DNA of 64,000 nt from Eledone cirrhosa. Taxonomy: Eukaryota. The translations under genes were made by a program, and so were the position numbers. The notes under the pieces are model-generated. The model ran no database searches, was not told the DNA's origin, and was given only the letters and a program-made list of their open reading frames with translations. Location: the NCBI GenBank assembly GCA_964016885.1, contig OZ024748.1, positions 59,892,001 through 59,956,000 of the forward strand, given 5' to 3'. This document shows positions 32,435 to 49,232 of this stretch, one piece after another (positions within the stretch are counted from its first letter, which is position 1; every line of letters begins with the position of its first letter).

Positions 32435-33042
32435 TCAGGTCACCAGTTGGTGCTACTGGTAACATGTATCCCAGTACAACCTGTCTCATGGTCGGGTCGT
32501 TGGCGACTGAACTGGCAACCCCACCAAGGTTTCTTGGTGAGGAGCGTGACTTTGGAAATCCTGCAGGACTAAAGACAAAACCTGTCAAAGGGCGAAGGAG
32601 CTCTTAAGAGTCAATGGCCATCCAAAATCACCGGGAGAGATGACCCCTTAGCCTCTGTCAGGGCAGAATTCTAGGAGAAGGAAAACTCTGATATAACACC
32701 TGCAACCCTGATGGTATCCAATGATGTTGACTTGTTCTTCTTTTTGGTAAATATCATCTTGGTTAAGAGAGTGGGACTGGCTTTGTGCAGTGCCTTTGTT
32801 CACTATAAAAGCTTCACGGCACAGGCATTGCTTTATATCTGGAGATCTCTCTGCACTTGTCGTCACATGGTACCATGGGCCCAGCACTATGTGTCAATAA
32901 TTGTCACAAGTGTAGTGTTTGTACCAGAGTTTTCAAGTCGCTGGCTGGACTAAAAAGTCACACTCGTTCAGCGCATTGGTAGGGGTTCTCCTACATGGAT
33001 ATAAAGTAGTGGCCGAACTCGAAAACGAGTTGGCAGCCACCA
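32435..33042 (+). mobile_element. 610-bp non-coding retroposon in (TGTA)n (family M)
   Basis: RTE-5'UTR-like motif GGAGAAGGAAAACTCTG and a 3' stem-loop GTGGC..AACTCG-AAAA-CGAGTT..GCCAC before (TGTA)n. Confidence 0.85.
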
Positions 33043-33154
33043 TGTATGTATGTATGTATGTATGTATGTATGTATGTATGTATGTATGTATGTATGTATG
33101 TATGTATGTATGTATGTATGTATATGTATATATATATATGTGTATATATATATA

Positions 33155-33193
<39 letters not shown>

Positions 33194-33195
<2 letters not shown>

Positions 33196-33341
33196 AGGGC
33201 GGGTAAAATTCCCGAGATCCATGAACGAGTTCTCTCCAGCGGTCTCTGTCCCTCATTATCGCTGCCATGTCCTGCGTCTCCAACAGATCAGTGTCTGTCC
33301 TTAGGGCATCAACATACGTTAACCTTGGTCTTCCTCTGCCA
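33194..33341 (-). pseudogene. C-terminus of an RTE-clade LINE ORF (5'-truncated)
   Basis: [48 protein letters not shown], followed directly by (AT)n. Confidence 0.85.
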
Positions 33342-33350
33342 GTGTGTGTG

Positions 33351-33411
<61 letters not shown>

Positions 33412-33490
33412 GTAACTATAAACAGCACACCTTCACACATACACACAAACATATATATGTATACATGTATGTGTGTTTGTGTATATATAC

Positions 33491-33522
<32 letters not shown>

Positions 33523-33779
33523 TTTTGTGTTTGTGTTTTTATGCGTGTGTATGTGTGTGTGTCTGCTTGTATATAAACATGATAATTTGCATATTCGTTT
33601 TCTAGAATGCAACTATTATATTTTGCTTTTATTAATGTTGTTGTTATTTGAATCTTGTTTCACATATATACTTTAGAACTTCTGGAAGAATACATTCTCT
33701 TTAATTACTTTAATTAATATCATCATAACAACACATACACCGACGGAGATCCATATCCATTTTTTATCGTCTTATTATG

Positions 33780-33948
33780 TTGGCAGGATCAGATGCCATG
33801 CTTTGCAGCATAGTGTTTAGGCCCTTTATGGTCTGACTTCAAATCCTGCCGAGGTTAGCTTTGCATTTCATCCTTACGGGGTCGATAAAATATAGTACCA
33901 GTAATGCAGTGGGGAAATTGCTGACCTTGTGCCAAAAGTAGAAACTGT
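33780..33948 (+). mobile_element. Nin-like tRNA SINE
   Basis: Conserved core and tail. Confidence 0.8.
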
Positions 33949-33980
33949 TTTGTGAATAATATGGATATTTTTTATTCATT

Positions 33981-34199
33981 CGAAGGGGTACTGAAAAGTT
34001 CCTGGCTTTGAGTAAAAGAGGATACATGAGGATCAGTTAATTATGATTTTATTCAACATATTCCCCTCTCAGACTCACATGCTTATTGCAGCGGTCCTTC
34101 AGTTTTTGTAAGCCCTGTAAATAGAACTCTAAATGCTGAGTCTCCAACCAGGTCTTCCGCGATACCCCTAAAAGCCAAAACATTTTCAGCAATCCTTTG
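33981..34199. mobile_element. mariner-type MITE
   Basis: Imperfect TIRs CGAAGGGGTACTGAAAAGTTCCTGGCTTT / AAAGCCAAAACATTTTCAGCAATCCTTTG; TA on the right. Confidence 0.7.
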
Positions 34200-34444
34200 T
34201 ACATTAAATCCTTTGAGAATATATGATTGAAACATTAGATTTCTTTGTCCAATGACACATTTATAAAATGTGCAACGAATGCATATTCCAAGAATTCAAC
34301 ATTGAATTTAAGATGTAAGTTATTTACATATTGATTTAGTAAACATAAGAATTCAATTCCTTTATGGATTAATAGGATTTGAAGGCTTCTAATGCCTAAA
34401 ATAACAGAAGGAATGCCTCATGGGTATTCTGTGTCAGTGACAGT

Positions 34445-34482
34445 GTCATTATATAGTTGTCTCTTGAGAGAGAGGGATGGAG

Positions 34483-34528
<46 letters not shown>

Positions 34529-34826
34529 TTACAGAGAGAGAGAGAGAGAGAGAGAGAGGGTTGGGGAGAAAGTGAGATAGATAGGGAACTAGAAAGACAG
34601 AGAGAGATATGAAAGAGATAGACAGAAGGAAAGAGATAGAGATGGATAAATATATAGGTAGATAAATAGATAGAGAGGGGAAGAGAGAGAGAGAGAGAGA
34701 GTGAGAGAGAGAGAGAGAGAAAGAGAGAGCGAGATAGATAGGGGGATAGAGAGACAGAGAGAGAGACAGAGATTGAAAGAGATATAGATAGACAGAGGGA
34801 GAGAGATATAGAGATGGATATATATC

Positions 34827-34862
<36 letters not shown>

Positions 34863-34889
34863 AAGAGAGAGAAAGAGAGGGGGAAGAGA

Positions 34890-34928
<39 letters not shown>

Positions 34929-34957
34929 GGAGAGAGAAATAGAGATAGAGAGAAAGA
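34445..34957. repeat. (GA)n-rich polypurine tract
   Basis: Direct inspection. Confidence 0.9.
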
Positions 34958-34959
34958 GT

Positions 34960-35750
34960 GGTATATTGGCAAATTTGCTAAGGAATCAGATTAAATGCTT
35001 AAGCGGTATTTGAACTAGAACCCGATGTTCTGAGTTCAAATCTCGCTGACGTTAACCTTCCGTAATCGGTATAATAAAGTCCCAGTTGAGTACTAGTATC
35101 GAGTTAATCTATATTTACCTTCCCACAAATTGCTGTCCTTCTGCTTAAGCCAGAAATCAGTATTAGTGTCATCATATTGTCTTCTCAAATAAGAGTGGAA
35201 CACTGGCGGAATTGACAGTCTCAGAAAACATGCTATTGTAGTATTTATTCTTGCTGGGTATGTAGTCGGTTCAAATACCGTCGAGGTCAACTTTACCTTT
35301 CAAACATCCAGGGTCGACAAAATAGGGTACCAGATAGGTACTGGGGGTGGATATATTCAACATACACCTCCTACCATATTACTGGTATTGTACCTAAATT
35401 AGAAACGACCCTTGCCATTCTGAGTTCAAATCCCGCCGAGGTTAACTTTGCCTTTCATCCTTACGGGGTCGATAAAATAAAGTACCAGTAATACACTGTT
35501 ATAATTGCTGGCCTTGTGCCAAAAGTAGAAACAATTATATTGTTCTATTGGCAGTATCGGTAAAGCATCGGACACCATGCTTTGCAGTATAGGGTTTTAC
35601 GTTCTGGGTTCAAATCCTGCTGCGGTTAGCATTGCCTTTCATCCATATGGAGTCGATAAAATAAAGTACCAGTAACGTACTGGGATATTTTAATTGCTTT
35701 TCCATTCCCCAAAATTGCTGGCCTTGTGTCTATAGCAGAAATCATTATAT
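34960..35750 (+). mobile_element. Four head-to-tail Nin-like SINEs of different ages
   Basis: B boxes at about 35032, 35268, 35421 and 35607. Further copies at about 36405-36545 and 44475-44610. Confidence 0.8.
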
Positions 35751-36598
35751 AGGTTTCTCAGCAGTGGGAGTCCAACATAACGCCCCAGAGTACATTGTCA
35801 CGTCTCCGAAGATTGCTACATCTCTTATGTAAGATTTTCCTTTAAATAATGCACATATTATGCATCCTAGCGATCAATCAAGCTTTTATTCCCATCAGCA
35901 TAGCTGCACTGAGTTTCTGCAGATCCATCAATCGTAAAAAAAGTCTTACGTAGAATTGATAGAACTGTTGTCAAACAGAGAAAAATGTATCATCTGTGGG
36001 TGTATTCACTTAGGGTTTTATTCTTTCAGGACTACAGCTGTAAAATAAACATTAAATGTTGCTCAATATCGTGTTTAATGGTGCAGTTACAAATGCTGGA
36101 ATGAATAATAAATAAGCCTTCATCTTCTTCGCAGTCGTTGTTGCTGTTTTTGTTGCTGTGAAGGAACGCTGTGTAGTGTTTAAAGGGTTGATTGTAAGGT
36201 AGTGAGTTAGATTTCCAGACTTGCTGCAGTTTACTCAGCTAAATAAATAAGTACCAGCTGTATATGTGGGTTAAATTTGCACCAGACTGGTGTTCAGTGT
36301 ATTCTCTAATACTTAAAGCCACATGAAAACAGGATAAGCTCTGGTGTGAATCTCAAAATACACGACAGACTTTAATTTTAATATCTTTGTACCCCGCAGG
36401 TGGTGCGGTCTGAGGTCAAATACATCCGAGGTCAACTTTGTCTTTCATCCTTACGGGGTCGATAAAATAAAGTACCAGTAACGATTTAATCGATTTTCCC
36501 TTTTCCTTCAAATTGCTAGGCTTGTGCCTTAAACAGGAATATTAAATCTATGCTTCGGTATTGAGTGCTCTTTTCTTTCGTCCGTCAAATACATACGG

Positions 36599-36629
<31 letters not shown>

Positions 36630-37529
36630 AACACACACACGCACACACACACATGGAATGACCAAATGGGGTTTAATTTTTAACATCGTCCCTGGAAAGA
36701 AAGAATGCAGCTATGAATAAGGAGAGTTGAAGAAATAATGCATGCAAGATTTTACAGCTCTAGCATCAATTCTTCGAGTCTATGAACTTTTTACTCGATC
36801 CTCATATATGTATATACAAATGACTTCTGCAGTTCCGTTTGGCTTCTGCAGTAGCGTTTATGAAATTTCATTCCAAACTTATTAGTCACACCAAAGCTAT
36901 AACAGAATACACATGCCCAGGGTGATATGTTGCGAGACTAAACACAGAATTAGTAAAGTGATATAGAAAAGAAAAGAAAAAAATGGCACAAAACAAAAAA
37001 TACGAAGAAATTTTCTTTATTAATTGATCTGGTTCAATATACAGCAGATAGAATTACTTGCTAACCAAAACCCTGGTTTGGAGCCTGTTTGGTTTATTTT
37101 TTACAACCGACAGCAGCAACGTACATAACTTTTATTTACACCTTCTCAAATACAGCCACAGTCTATGATGCCAAGAAAAGAACATATTTGCATCCACTAC
37201 CATATATTGGAAACCCTTTAAAATGTACATATTACAGACTCTCATAGCTGTGTCTGTACCTATATAAAGACACGAACATATATATATGTATATAATATAA
37301 CGGTTAATATTTTTTTGATAAACATAAAATTAAATGATGCATATATATATATATATATATATATATGATATAGGTTATAGGTAACAGAATCAAAGTGTTG
37401 GTACCGCCGACGTGAACCGAATCTTGGTCCGGCATCGAACATTGGCCGGACTACGGCAGATGAGTGGTTTGATTATCGCAGACGGTAGTGTCACATTTAT
37501 CTATTATATTTAGCTTGTATATAAACTTG

Positions 37530-37578
<49 letters not shown>

Positions 37579-37598
37579 TCTATCTATCTATATATATA

Positions 37599-38175
<577 letters not shown>

Positions 38176-38219
38176 CATATTATATACATATATATATATA
38201 TATATATAATATACATATG

Positions 38220-38292
<73 letters not shown>

Positions 38293-38350
38293 ATATACAT
38301 TCATATAAGAATATCTATCTACAAATGTCGATATATTTATGTGTGTATGA

Positions 38351-38389
<39 letters not shown>

Positions 38390-38467
38390 TATTTGTATAC
38401 AAACCACATAAATATATAATTATATATGAATATATATAAGTTCAATTAGAAGTATATATATACATAT

Positions 38468-38552
<85 letters not shown>

Positions 38553-38835
38553 TTTAAATATATATATATGTGACTGTGAGTATCAGTGTGTGTTTCCATT
38601 TGTGTATGTAAATATTTGTGTGTCTTCCTCCATTAGACACCGATCGTCTCAAACCATCTGATCCAAATTTATACCACATTACTCCGGTACAATAAAACAA
38701 AGTGTCATCCTTAGTATGATTTAGTTCAATATTTTTGACATTATCCAAACACATTTATATAATATTTGATTTAATTTGAAATTTTATTGTATTTCTTTCA
38801 ACTGGAAAAATATACATAGAGGTAAGTAAGAAATA

Positions 38836-38884
<49 letters not shown>

Positions 38885-38939
38885 GGTAATCTTACTCTCC
38901 TGACACTCATATATATATATATATATGGAAAGTTATATT

Positions 38940-38977
<38 letters not shown>

Positions 38978-39173
38978 CATTGTGTCATTATATATATATA
39001 TATATATATATATACATAAATGTATATCTATGTCTGCTTATTTCCATACATACACACATATATGTATATTATATATGTGTGTGTATAGACATATATATAT
39101 ATATATATATATACAAATATATATATACACGCGCACACAAAAAAACAGACACATATACACATACACACACACA

Positions 39174-39243
<70 letters not shown>

Positions 39244-39754
39244 TAGATATATATAGATATAGATATATATATATAGATATATATAATGTTTAATATTATT
39301 ACATCTGTTTGAATCTCAGCCAGGAATATAGCAATACATGTAATAAGACATGAACACAATATATATAAATAGAAAATAAGTCTACGTTGACATTTAACGT
39401 ACAAGTATTTTTGTTACTCCTTTCAAACATTTTTATGTATTTAGAAGTATTGCTTGTAAAAATTAGCATTTTTCTATATAAGAACAGTTGTTATTTTTAG
39501 GTTTCTATAATCTGCATGTTGAACTCTGTGATAAATTCATATATATATACAAAAATACATGCTTAACGGATAAGGAGAGAAATTTGAAATCAGTGAAATA
39601 ACATGTAAACAAATTCTCACTGGTTCATATACATACACACATATGCAGACTTACACAGATGCACAGACATACACTCCCCATCTTTCTCTTTCTCTTCCTC
39701 TCCCTCTCTCATTCTCTCTCTCTCTCTATATATATATGTATAATATATATATAT

Positions 39755-39818
<64 letters not shown>

Positions 39819-39915
39819 ATATATATATTATACATACATATATATATATATATGTATGTATACATATATATGTGTATATATACATACATATACATATATA
39901 TTCACTTACACAAAA

Positions 39916-39960
<45 letters not shown>

Positions 39961-40108
39961 AAGCTATATATATATTTCTATATATATATACATCTCTCTC
40001 TCTCTCTCTCCCTATACATATATATATATATATGTATTATATATATATATGTATATGTATATGTATATGTATATATATATATATTATATATATATGTATA
40101 TGTATATA

Positions 40109-40180
<72 letters not shown>

Positions 40181-40213
40181 ATGCATATATATATATATAT
40201 ATATATGCATGGA

Positions 40214-40530
<317 letters not shown>

Positions 40531-41063
40531 TATATATATATATGTATACATCCTTACACACTACATACAAAGATTACTTCCCACACTCCTAGACGGGTTA
40601 ACCCTTGGAGTATCAAAATTTAGGAAGTGATGAAATGATATGGTACATATATTCTCATAGATAAGATTATGGTCCATAGCTGACAATTTTCCCAGAAAAG
40701 CCTAGTAGATGCACGTCACAGCTACATAAACTGAAACATGCATAATTAATACCTGATACATAAATATAAAGAATTCCCACAGAGAAATAAATACAAGATT
40801 TCATTTTGTAATACATGAATTTGTTGATGAATAATTTTGTCCATTGAGCCATGGCGTCTCTGTTTAATAATGTTTATTGTATTTTAAAAAAATGACTAAC
40901 ACAGAATTTGGTTAGGAAACCTATAAATGTTGTTTGTCGCTTGACCTATAAAATGGTCACCTGACATCTTTCAAGTATGATGTAGGGTGAGAAATAATTC
41001 TATCTCTCTATCGTTCTATTTCTCTCACTCTCCCATACAAGTGTGTGTATACGTGTGTATATG

Positions 41064-41136
<73 letters not shown>

Positions 41137-41158
41137 ATATATATATATGTGTGTATGT

Positions 41159-41251
<93 letters not shown>

Positions 41252-41298
41252 CATATATATATGTATATGTATTTATATATATATATGCGGACATATAT

Positions 41299-41500
<202 letters not shown>

Positions 41501-42197
41501 TACATATATATAGAATGGGGGAGGATGTTATCGGGATCCATAGTAGAATGTCATTTATATTAAGAAGCTTTACAATACAATGAAAGTGCACAAAAAAGAT
41601 GATACTGTAATGAAGCTCTATTCTAAAACATAACGTTTATTTAGCTAGGCAGCAGCTTATGTCGAGGTGAGCCTATGGTCTCTAATCGTGAACATCACGT
41701 AATATATTCCATATTTGTTGTCAATATTCTATTGTATAAAACGTTCGAAGCAAGTTGCCAGCATTTTATTTCATGAAACGTTCGAAGCCAATTGTCAAGC
41801 AACAATAAAAAGATATATAATATTTATAAAGAATATTTTAATATTTGGCAAAACGAACACAATATACTAATTAATAATTAATATTTAAATATTTTCTACA
41901 AAATCCCTGATATCGCCGTTATAAAATAAATAGACTAGAAATAATTAAATAGGAACTGAAAGAAATATTAATTATTCAGATTTGTATGCAAATGAGTAAT
42001 ATGAAATAATTATACAACAGAATCTGAAATGTTCGAATTAAAGTGTATAGAATGATTCGGTCGGCCGTAAAGTAAAGTTCAATGCCATAGGCTTATGTAT
42101 GTATGTATGTATGTATGTATGTATGTATGTATGTATGTATGTATGTATGTATGTATGTATGTATGTATGTATGTATGCCTATGTGTGTATGTGTATA

Positions 42198-42597
42198 TGT
42201 ATGTTCTTCTGGTTTTATAATTTCACAAATTTTTTCCCAATAGAGAGAGAGTCGGTTTCTAACATAGACACAAGACTCTCTCATTGGAATTTACACAACA
42301 TCAACTAGGTAGATTATGTATGCATGCATGCATGTGTAGATATGGATGTTATTGTATGTGTGGATGTGTATGTTTTGAGTTGTATGTGTGCATGTGAAGC
42401 CTAGCTTCTCAAGATTTGTATTGAGGCAGTTACTAACATACCCCAGTGTCCCAATAATCACAGGCATAAATCTGAAGGTGTAATCAGGGTGGAGTATCTG
42501 CAGATTTCTCATCAGTTCTGCATAAATATTCTCCTTTTCGATAATCTTTGATATTATATTGGCATCTGCTGGGCAGCTAATTTCCACTACTGTGCAT
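42198..42597 (-). mobile_element. Second R4/Dong-like RLE 3' end, internally deleted
   Basis: [50 protein letters not shown]; a ~135-bp deletion at a TGTG microhomology relative to the 32-kb copy. Confidence 0.85.
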
Positions 42598-42640
42598 ATG
42601 CATACACTTATGTAATATATATATATTTGTGTATATATAT

Positions 42641-42729
<89 letters not shown>

Positions 42730-42733
42730 CCCT

Positions 42734-42811
<78 letters not shown>

Positions 42812-43579
42812 ATATATACATTTATATACATACAACCTCTTGATAATAACGTTGTCTCTGTCACCGATGAAATAACATTTGGTGGTGGTCGAAAATCAAC
42901 GAAGCAAATATATTTTCATTAAACACATCACGACTGTATTTGTTAAACGAATTAACGCAAAACTTACTCCTTATAACACGACGAAGAAGTTTACAAGACG
43001 TAATTAGTTTAACAAATAAACTAAATGATACATTAGAATCTTATTAATGAATCTCACGAAGAAAGCTGATCGTTTTAGATTCGGATTCTGAGAATTTCTT
43101 TCGTCTGTTCATCAGGAATTGCGACGAAAATAAAAAAAAAACGAGAAGCATTAAGGGGAAAAAAAAGCAAAAATACAATTTTTTGTCGAGTCTAAATAAA
43201 AAAAGATGCTATCTAGTTATCATGAATAAATTATGATGAGGTTTTGAAAGATGGTATGAATCGGAAAAGAGCTGCCAAAAGGGAATAATTTGTAGAAAAA
43301 TAATAAAATAATAAAATTGGCCAAACACAAAAGTAAAACAAAACAAAACAATGAGACAAAAACAAAAAAATGTATGTATAATTTATTTATCGGTTCAATC
43401 AGGGGTGCAAAAACCATGCGCCCAAGGCCTTTCTCAGATTCACCGAGTCCGAGATCAGTGAGGTCAGTGAGATCGATAAACACCACTCAAACACATGGTC
43501 TCACACACACACACACACACGCACGCATATATATATAGGGTATACATACAATTGTACCTAAATGACAGCATAGCTCGTG

Positions 43580-43663
<84 letters not shown>

Positions 43664-43733
43664 CTGGCTTCAGGGTCTATTTTTTAACTCATGTGTATCA
43701 CATTCGCAACAACGCAGTACGGCATTTTTCCTT

Positions 43734-43811
<78 letters not shown>

Positions 43812-43926
43812 ACGTATGTATGTATATATATATATATTATATATATATATGTCTGTATATATATTTGTGTGTGTTTATAATATACACATATATATTTTAT
43901 ATAAATATTATATATATATATACGTT

Positions 43927-43981
<55 letters not shown>

Positions 43982-45140
43982 GAACGTATATAAATATATA
44001 ATATTTATATAAAATATATATATGTATATCTGTATATATACATACACAGAAACTTATATATGTATACATATATATTCGTGTGCCTAAGTGTGTGAGTATA
44101 TACACACGACTTCGTTTAATACTAGAATAAGCGAGCATGTGAAATTCAATTTTGTCCCACAAGATATTGATTCATATTATTATTAAACCAACCGAATACT
44201 GTTTAAAATGTGAGAAACAACGTCAACGGTTTTCTAGAATTGTAGATTTAACTCGTTGTTCGGTTAAAAAGTAATAGAACCAGCCATTGGTGAGGAAATA
44301 ATTAGCGAGCTGTCTCCCCGAGCAATGTCACCTTTTACTGTAATCTAGATTGAGCTCAGCCAATTGGACTGGATTGTTCATCTCATACATCGCTTTTACA
44401 CATTCTCAATTTTTTTTAGCAATGTAAAAAGTCTTTGAAGGAACATGATGTTGAAATACAGCGTGACATTATTTACGGCCTTTGCCATTCTGAGTTCAAA
44501 TCCCGCCGAAGTTAACTTTGCCTTTCATCCTTACGGGGTCGTTAAAATAAAGTACCAGTAATTTACTGGTTAATTGCTGGCCTTGTGCCAAACTTAGAAA
44601 CAATTATTTATAATGTTACATTTTTCATTGTGTTACCATATTAAGCAGGGACCGCTTTGCTACACCAGCCTCGGTGATTTAAAAGAGTGTCATTCGGCCT
44701 GCCATTCTTTCTCAGACTAAAAAAAATGTTAAAATCTGTCCTTCATACAAGGCCCATCAAGACTGACTTTATTCTGGTTCTACTGGCGTTGAACAACTGA
44801 GATTAAAGGACTTGAGCCCCAAAACAAAACAGATGCCGCCGCTACATATCATGGTTAACTGCTAACGGTTGTAAGTACAAATTGATTGCAGAGTTCACTG
44901 GAGCAACGTGAAATGACATGTCTTGTTTAAGAACGCAACGTGGTACCAGTTCCCCAAATCGAACCCACGACATCCTAACAATTAAACAACCTCATCTAAG
45001 TTAATATAAAATAAAAACACAACAAACATCGCCCACGTTCCAACAGATTCAAATGTATCAATAAAACATTAGAAGTGTTTTACCTGCTCGACACACGGAG
45101 CAGACGATTTACCAGAAAACTATTCTTCACAAATATACAC

Positions 45141-45260
<120 letters not shown>

Positions 45261-45663
45261 ATGTGTGTATGTGTCTATATGTATGTATGTATGTGGGTAT
45301 GTATGTATGTAAACATGTATGTATGTATAACTATGCATGTTTGTCTATAAACAAATATATATATATATATATGTAAGAACGTATCTATGTATACATATCT
45401 GCATATATATGTATATATATGTAAATTAAGTGTATAATTTACAAGTGACATTGAATACATAACATTGAGAATAATTTACAGTTTTCGCTCGGTTTAACAG
45501 GAAGATTAATCAAATAAATAATTGTAGAGAACGTCTTGGAATTATCTTAGTCGCTTTCTCTTAGATTCCTCACAAATAAAGATGTTTGCCTATAAACAGA
45601 CACATTTATAAACATGTTTACGTAATCACGCACTTATACACACACACAGACATACACACAGAC

Positions 45664-45694
<31 letters not shown>

Positions 45695-45777
45695 AACATG
45701 TTTACGTATACACGCACTTATAGATACGCACGCAGACACACACACACGTATATATATATATATACATATATATATAT

Positions 45778-45837
<60 letters not shown>

Positions 45838-45841
45838 ATAT

Positions 45842-46018
45842 GTAGGAGGTGAGTTTTATTGTAGTACAATAAAGCAATGCAGATATCGGATAAGAAGCAC
45901 TCTACAGTTTGTAGGACTGGAGTATACATAATATATAAGATCAAAAGATGGTTAAAAGAGTTCCATGTATTTTATAAAATACATGGAACTCTTTTAACCA
46001 TCTTTTGATCTTATATAT
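45842..46018 (-). mobile_element. Family L: perfect 88-bp palindrome plus tail
   Basis: Loop-less palindrome 45931-46018 centred at 45974/45975; tail 45842-45930. Confidence 0.85.
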
Positions 46019-46108
46019 ATATATATATATATACATATGTGTGTGTGTATATATATATATGTGTATGTATATGTGTGTTCGTGTGTGTGTGTGCATATTC
46101 ATATATAC

Positions 46109-46150
<42 letters not shown>

Positions 46151-46191
46151 ATATATGAATATGCACACACACACACGAACACACACAAACA

Positions 46192-46238
<47 letters not shown>

Positions 46239-46472
46239 ACATATATTAGGTTTCATGTTTATTTTCAAATACAAAAGTTATACAAATAATTTCTTAAAAT
46301 TATTGATTATGAATTTAATATATAAGAACGTAGAAAATAATTACTGTCTATGATATTATATATGTTCTACTTAGAACTAATATATGTTGTGTATGCATGT
46401 ATGTATGTATTAATGTATATATGTATGTATGTATGTATGAATGTATGTATGTATGTGTATATGTATGTATGT

Positions 46473-46731
46473 TGTGCAGTGCCTTTGCTCACTATAAAAG
46501 CTTCACGGCACAGGCATTGCTTTATATCTGGAGATCTCTCTGCACATGTCGTCACATGGTACCATGGGCCCAGCACTATGTGTCAATAATTGTCACAAGT
46601 CTAGTGTTTGTACCAGAGTTTACAAGTTGCTGGCTGGACTAAAAAGTCACACTCGTTCAGCGCATCGGTAGGTGTTCTCCTACATCGATATAAAGTAGTG
46701 GCCGTACTCGAAAACGAGTTGGCAGCCACCA
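46473..46731 (+). mobile_element. Family M, 5'-truncated copy
   Basis: Matches the last 260 bp of 32435-33042. Confidence 0.9.
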
Positions 46732-46868
46732 CGTATGTATGTATACATGTATGGGGTTATGTATGTATATATGTATGTGTGCATGTATGTATGTATGTAT
46801 GTATGTATGTATGTATGTATGTATGTATGTATGTATTATGTATGTATGTATGTATGTATGTATATATG

Positions 46869-47476
46869 TCAGGTTACCAGTTGGTGCTACTGGTAACATG
46901 TATCCCAGTACAACCTGTCTCATGGTAGGGTCGTTGGCGACTGAACTGGCAACCCCACCAAGGTTTCTTGGTGAGGAGGGTGACTTTGGACATCCTGCAG
47001 GACTAAAATCAAAACCTGTCAAAGGGCAAAGGAGCTCTTAAGTGTCAATGGACATCCAAAATCACCGGGAGAGATGACTCCTTAGCCTTTGTCAAGGCAG
47101 AATTCTAGTTGAAGGAAAACTCTGATATAACAACTGCAACCGTGATGGTATCCAATGATGTTGACTTGTTCTTCTTTTTGGTAAATATCATCTTGGTTAA
47201 GAGAGTGGGACTGGCTTTGTGCAGTGCCTTTGCTCACTATAAAAGCTTCACGGCACAGGCATTGCTTTATATCTGGCGATCTCTCTGCACTTGTCGTCAC
47301 ATGCTACCATGGGCCCAGCACTATGTGTCAATAATTTTCACAGGTGTAGTGTTTGTACTAGAGTTTTCAAGTCGCTGGCTGGACTAAAAAGTCACACTCG
47401 TTCAGCGCATCGGTAAGGGTTCTCCTACATGGATATAAAGTAGTGGCCGTACTCGAAAACGAGTTGGCAGCCACCA
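46869..47476 (+). mobile_element. Family M, full length
   Basis: Colinear with 32435-33042; same ends. Confidence 0.9.
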
Positions 47477-47583
47477 TATATGTAGTTATGTGTGTATGCA
47501 TGTGTGTATGTATGTGTGTATGTATGTATGAGTGTGTGTATATATGTATGCATATATATACATATATATTCATATATATACAT

Positions 47584-47652
<69 letters not shown>

Positions 47653-47684
47653 TATACATATACATATACATATATATATATGTA

Positions 47685-47788
<104 letters not shown>

Positions 47789-47999
47789 CATATATGTGTG
47801 TATGTATGGAAATAACCAGACATAGATATACATTTATGTATATATATAAATATATACATAAATATACACACACACACACTTACACACGCACACACACACA
47901 CACACACACATATATATACACATACATATATATATTTACTTAAATCCATATATATATATATATATATGTATTTGTATATGTATTTATATATATAGATAG

Positions 48000-48042
<43 letters not shown>

Positions 48043-48064
48043 GATAGGTATATAAATATATGTA

Positions 48065-48101
<37 letters not shown>

Positions 48102-48141
48102 CACACACATACACATATATATATATATATAATACACACAC

Positions 48142-48288
<147 letters not shown>

Positions 48289-48308
48289 TAGGTATATAAA
48301 TATATGTA

Positions 48309-48406
<98 letters not shown>

Positions 48407-48770
48407 ATCTCACTAAATAATAAACAAATTTGTTTCTCACACTAATGTCTAGTTGCTTAAATGTATCCTGTTGTACCGTGAAAGACCTCTCGGTCTCTCG
48501 GTTGGCGGAATCATTGAACATTATAAGGCGGTTCACACACATATGGAAGCGCAGAGGGACAAACACGTTATCTTCATGCTAGTAACTTCCTTGCCTGTCG
48601 TTATTAATGAATGACTGTCATTAGCCGTAGCGACAACCCTTCTCTCACTGTTTACATTTATACATTTCGAACATATGCGCGTACATCCATTCATACATAC
48701 ATACATACATACATACACACACAAACACACACACACACACACACACGCACACACATATATATATATATAT

Positions 48771-48929
48771 ATTTAGGTTTGTTGGTTCACCACTGGATAC
48801 AACTGGTCATGTCTTTGTTATATTTTGAATACCTGATGATATCACCGGATTCATACTGAACACGGTCATTGAAATGATCATAGTATAATAAACCTTTCAA
48901 GGATTTACACAAGTCCACCCTCCTGTTAT

Positions 48930-48931
<2 letters not shown>
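48771..48931 (+). mobile_element. Family C element in reciprocal configuration, with hammerhead at 48829-48886
   Basis: Inverted tail end joined to the hammerhead-bearing arm; atac-CTGATGA..GAAA-TGATCA-TA-gtat. Confidence 0.8.
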
Positions 48932-48979
<48 letters not shown>

Positions 48980-49020
48980 GGTATTTATATATATATATAT
49001 GTATGTATAAATATATATAT

Positions 49021-49172
49021 ATTTAATAGAGAAGTGGCTTCTCCAGGACTAGAACTGTTTCATTCGATGGAAACAGTTCTATTCCCGTGGAAGCAATTTC
49101 TATATTAAATATTTATACCCTGCTATGTATTGAGTACCTTACTTATTGTGGTTACCCCCGATTGCACTCGAG

Positions 49173-49174
<2 letters not shown>
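49021..49174 (+). mobile_element. Diverged fold-back element with tail
   Basis: Imperfect arms 49021-49061 and 49070-49110, then tail TATACCC...GTATTGAGTAC. Confidence 0.65.
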
Positions 49175-49232
<58 letters not shown>

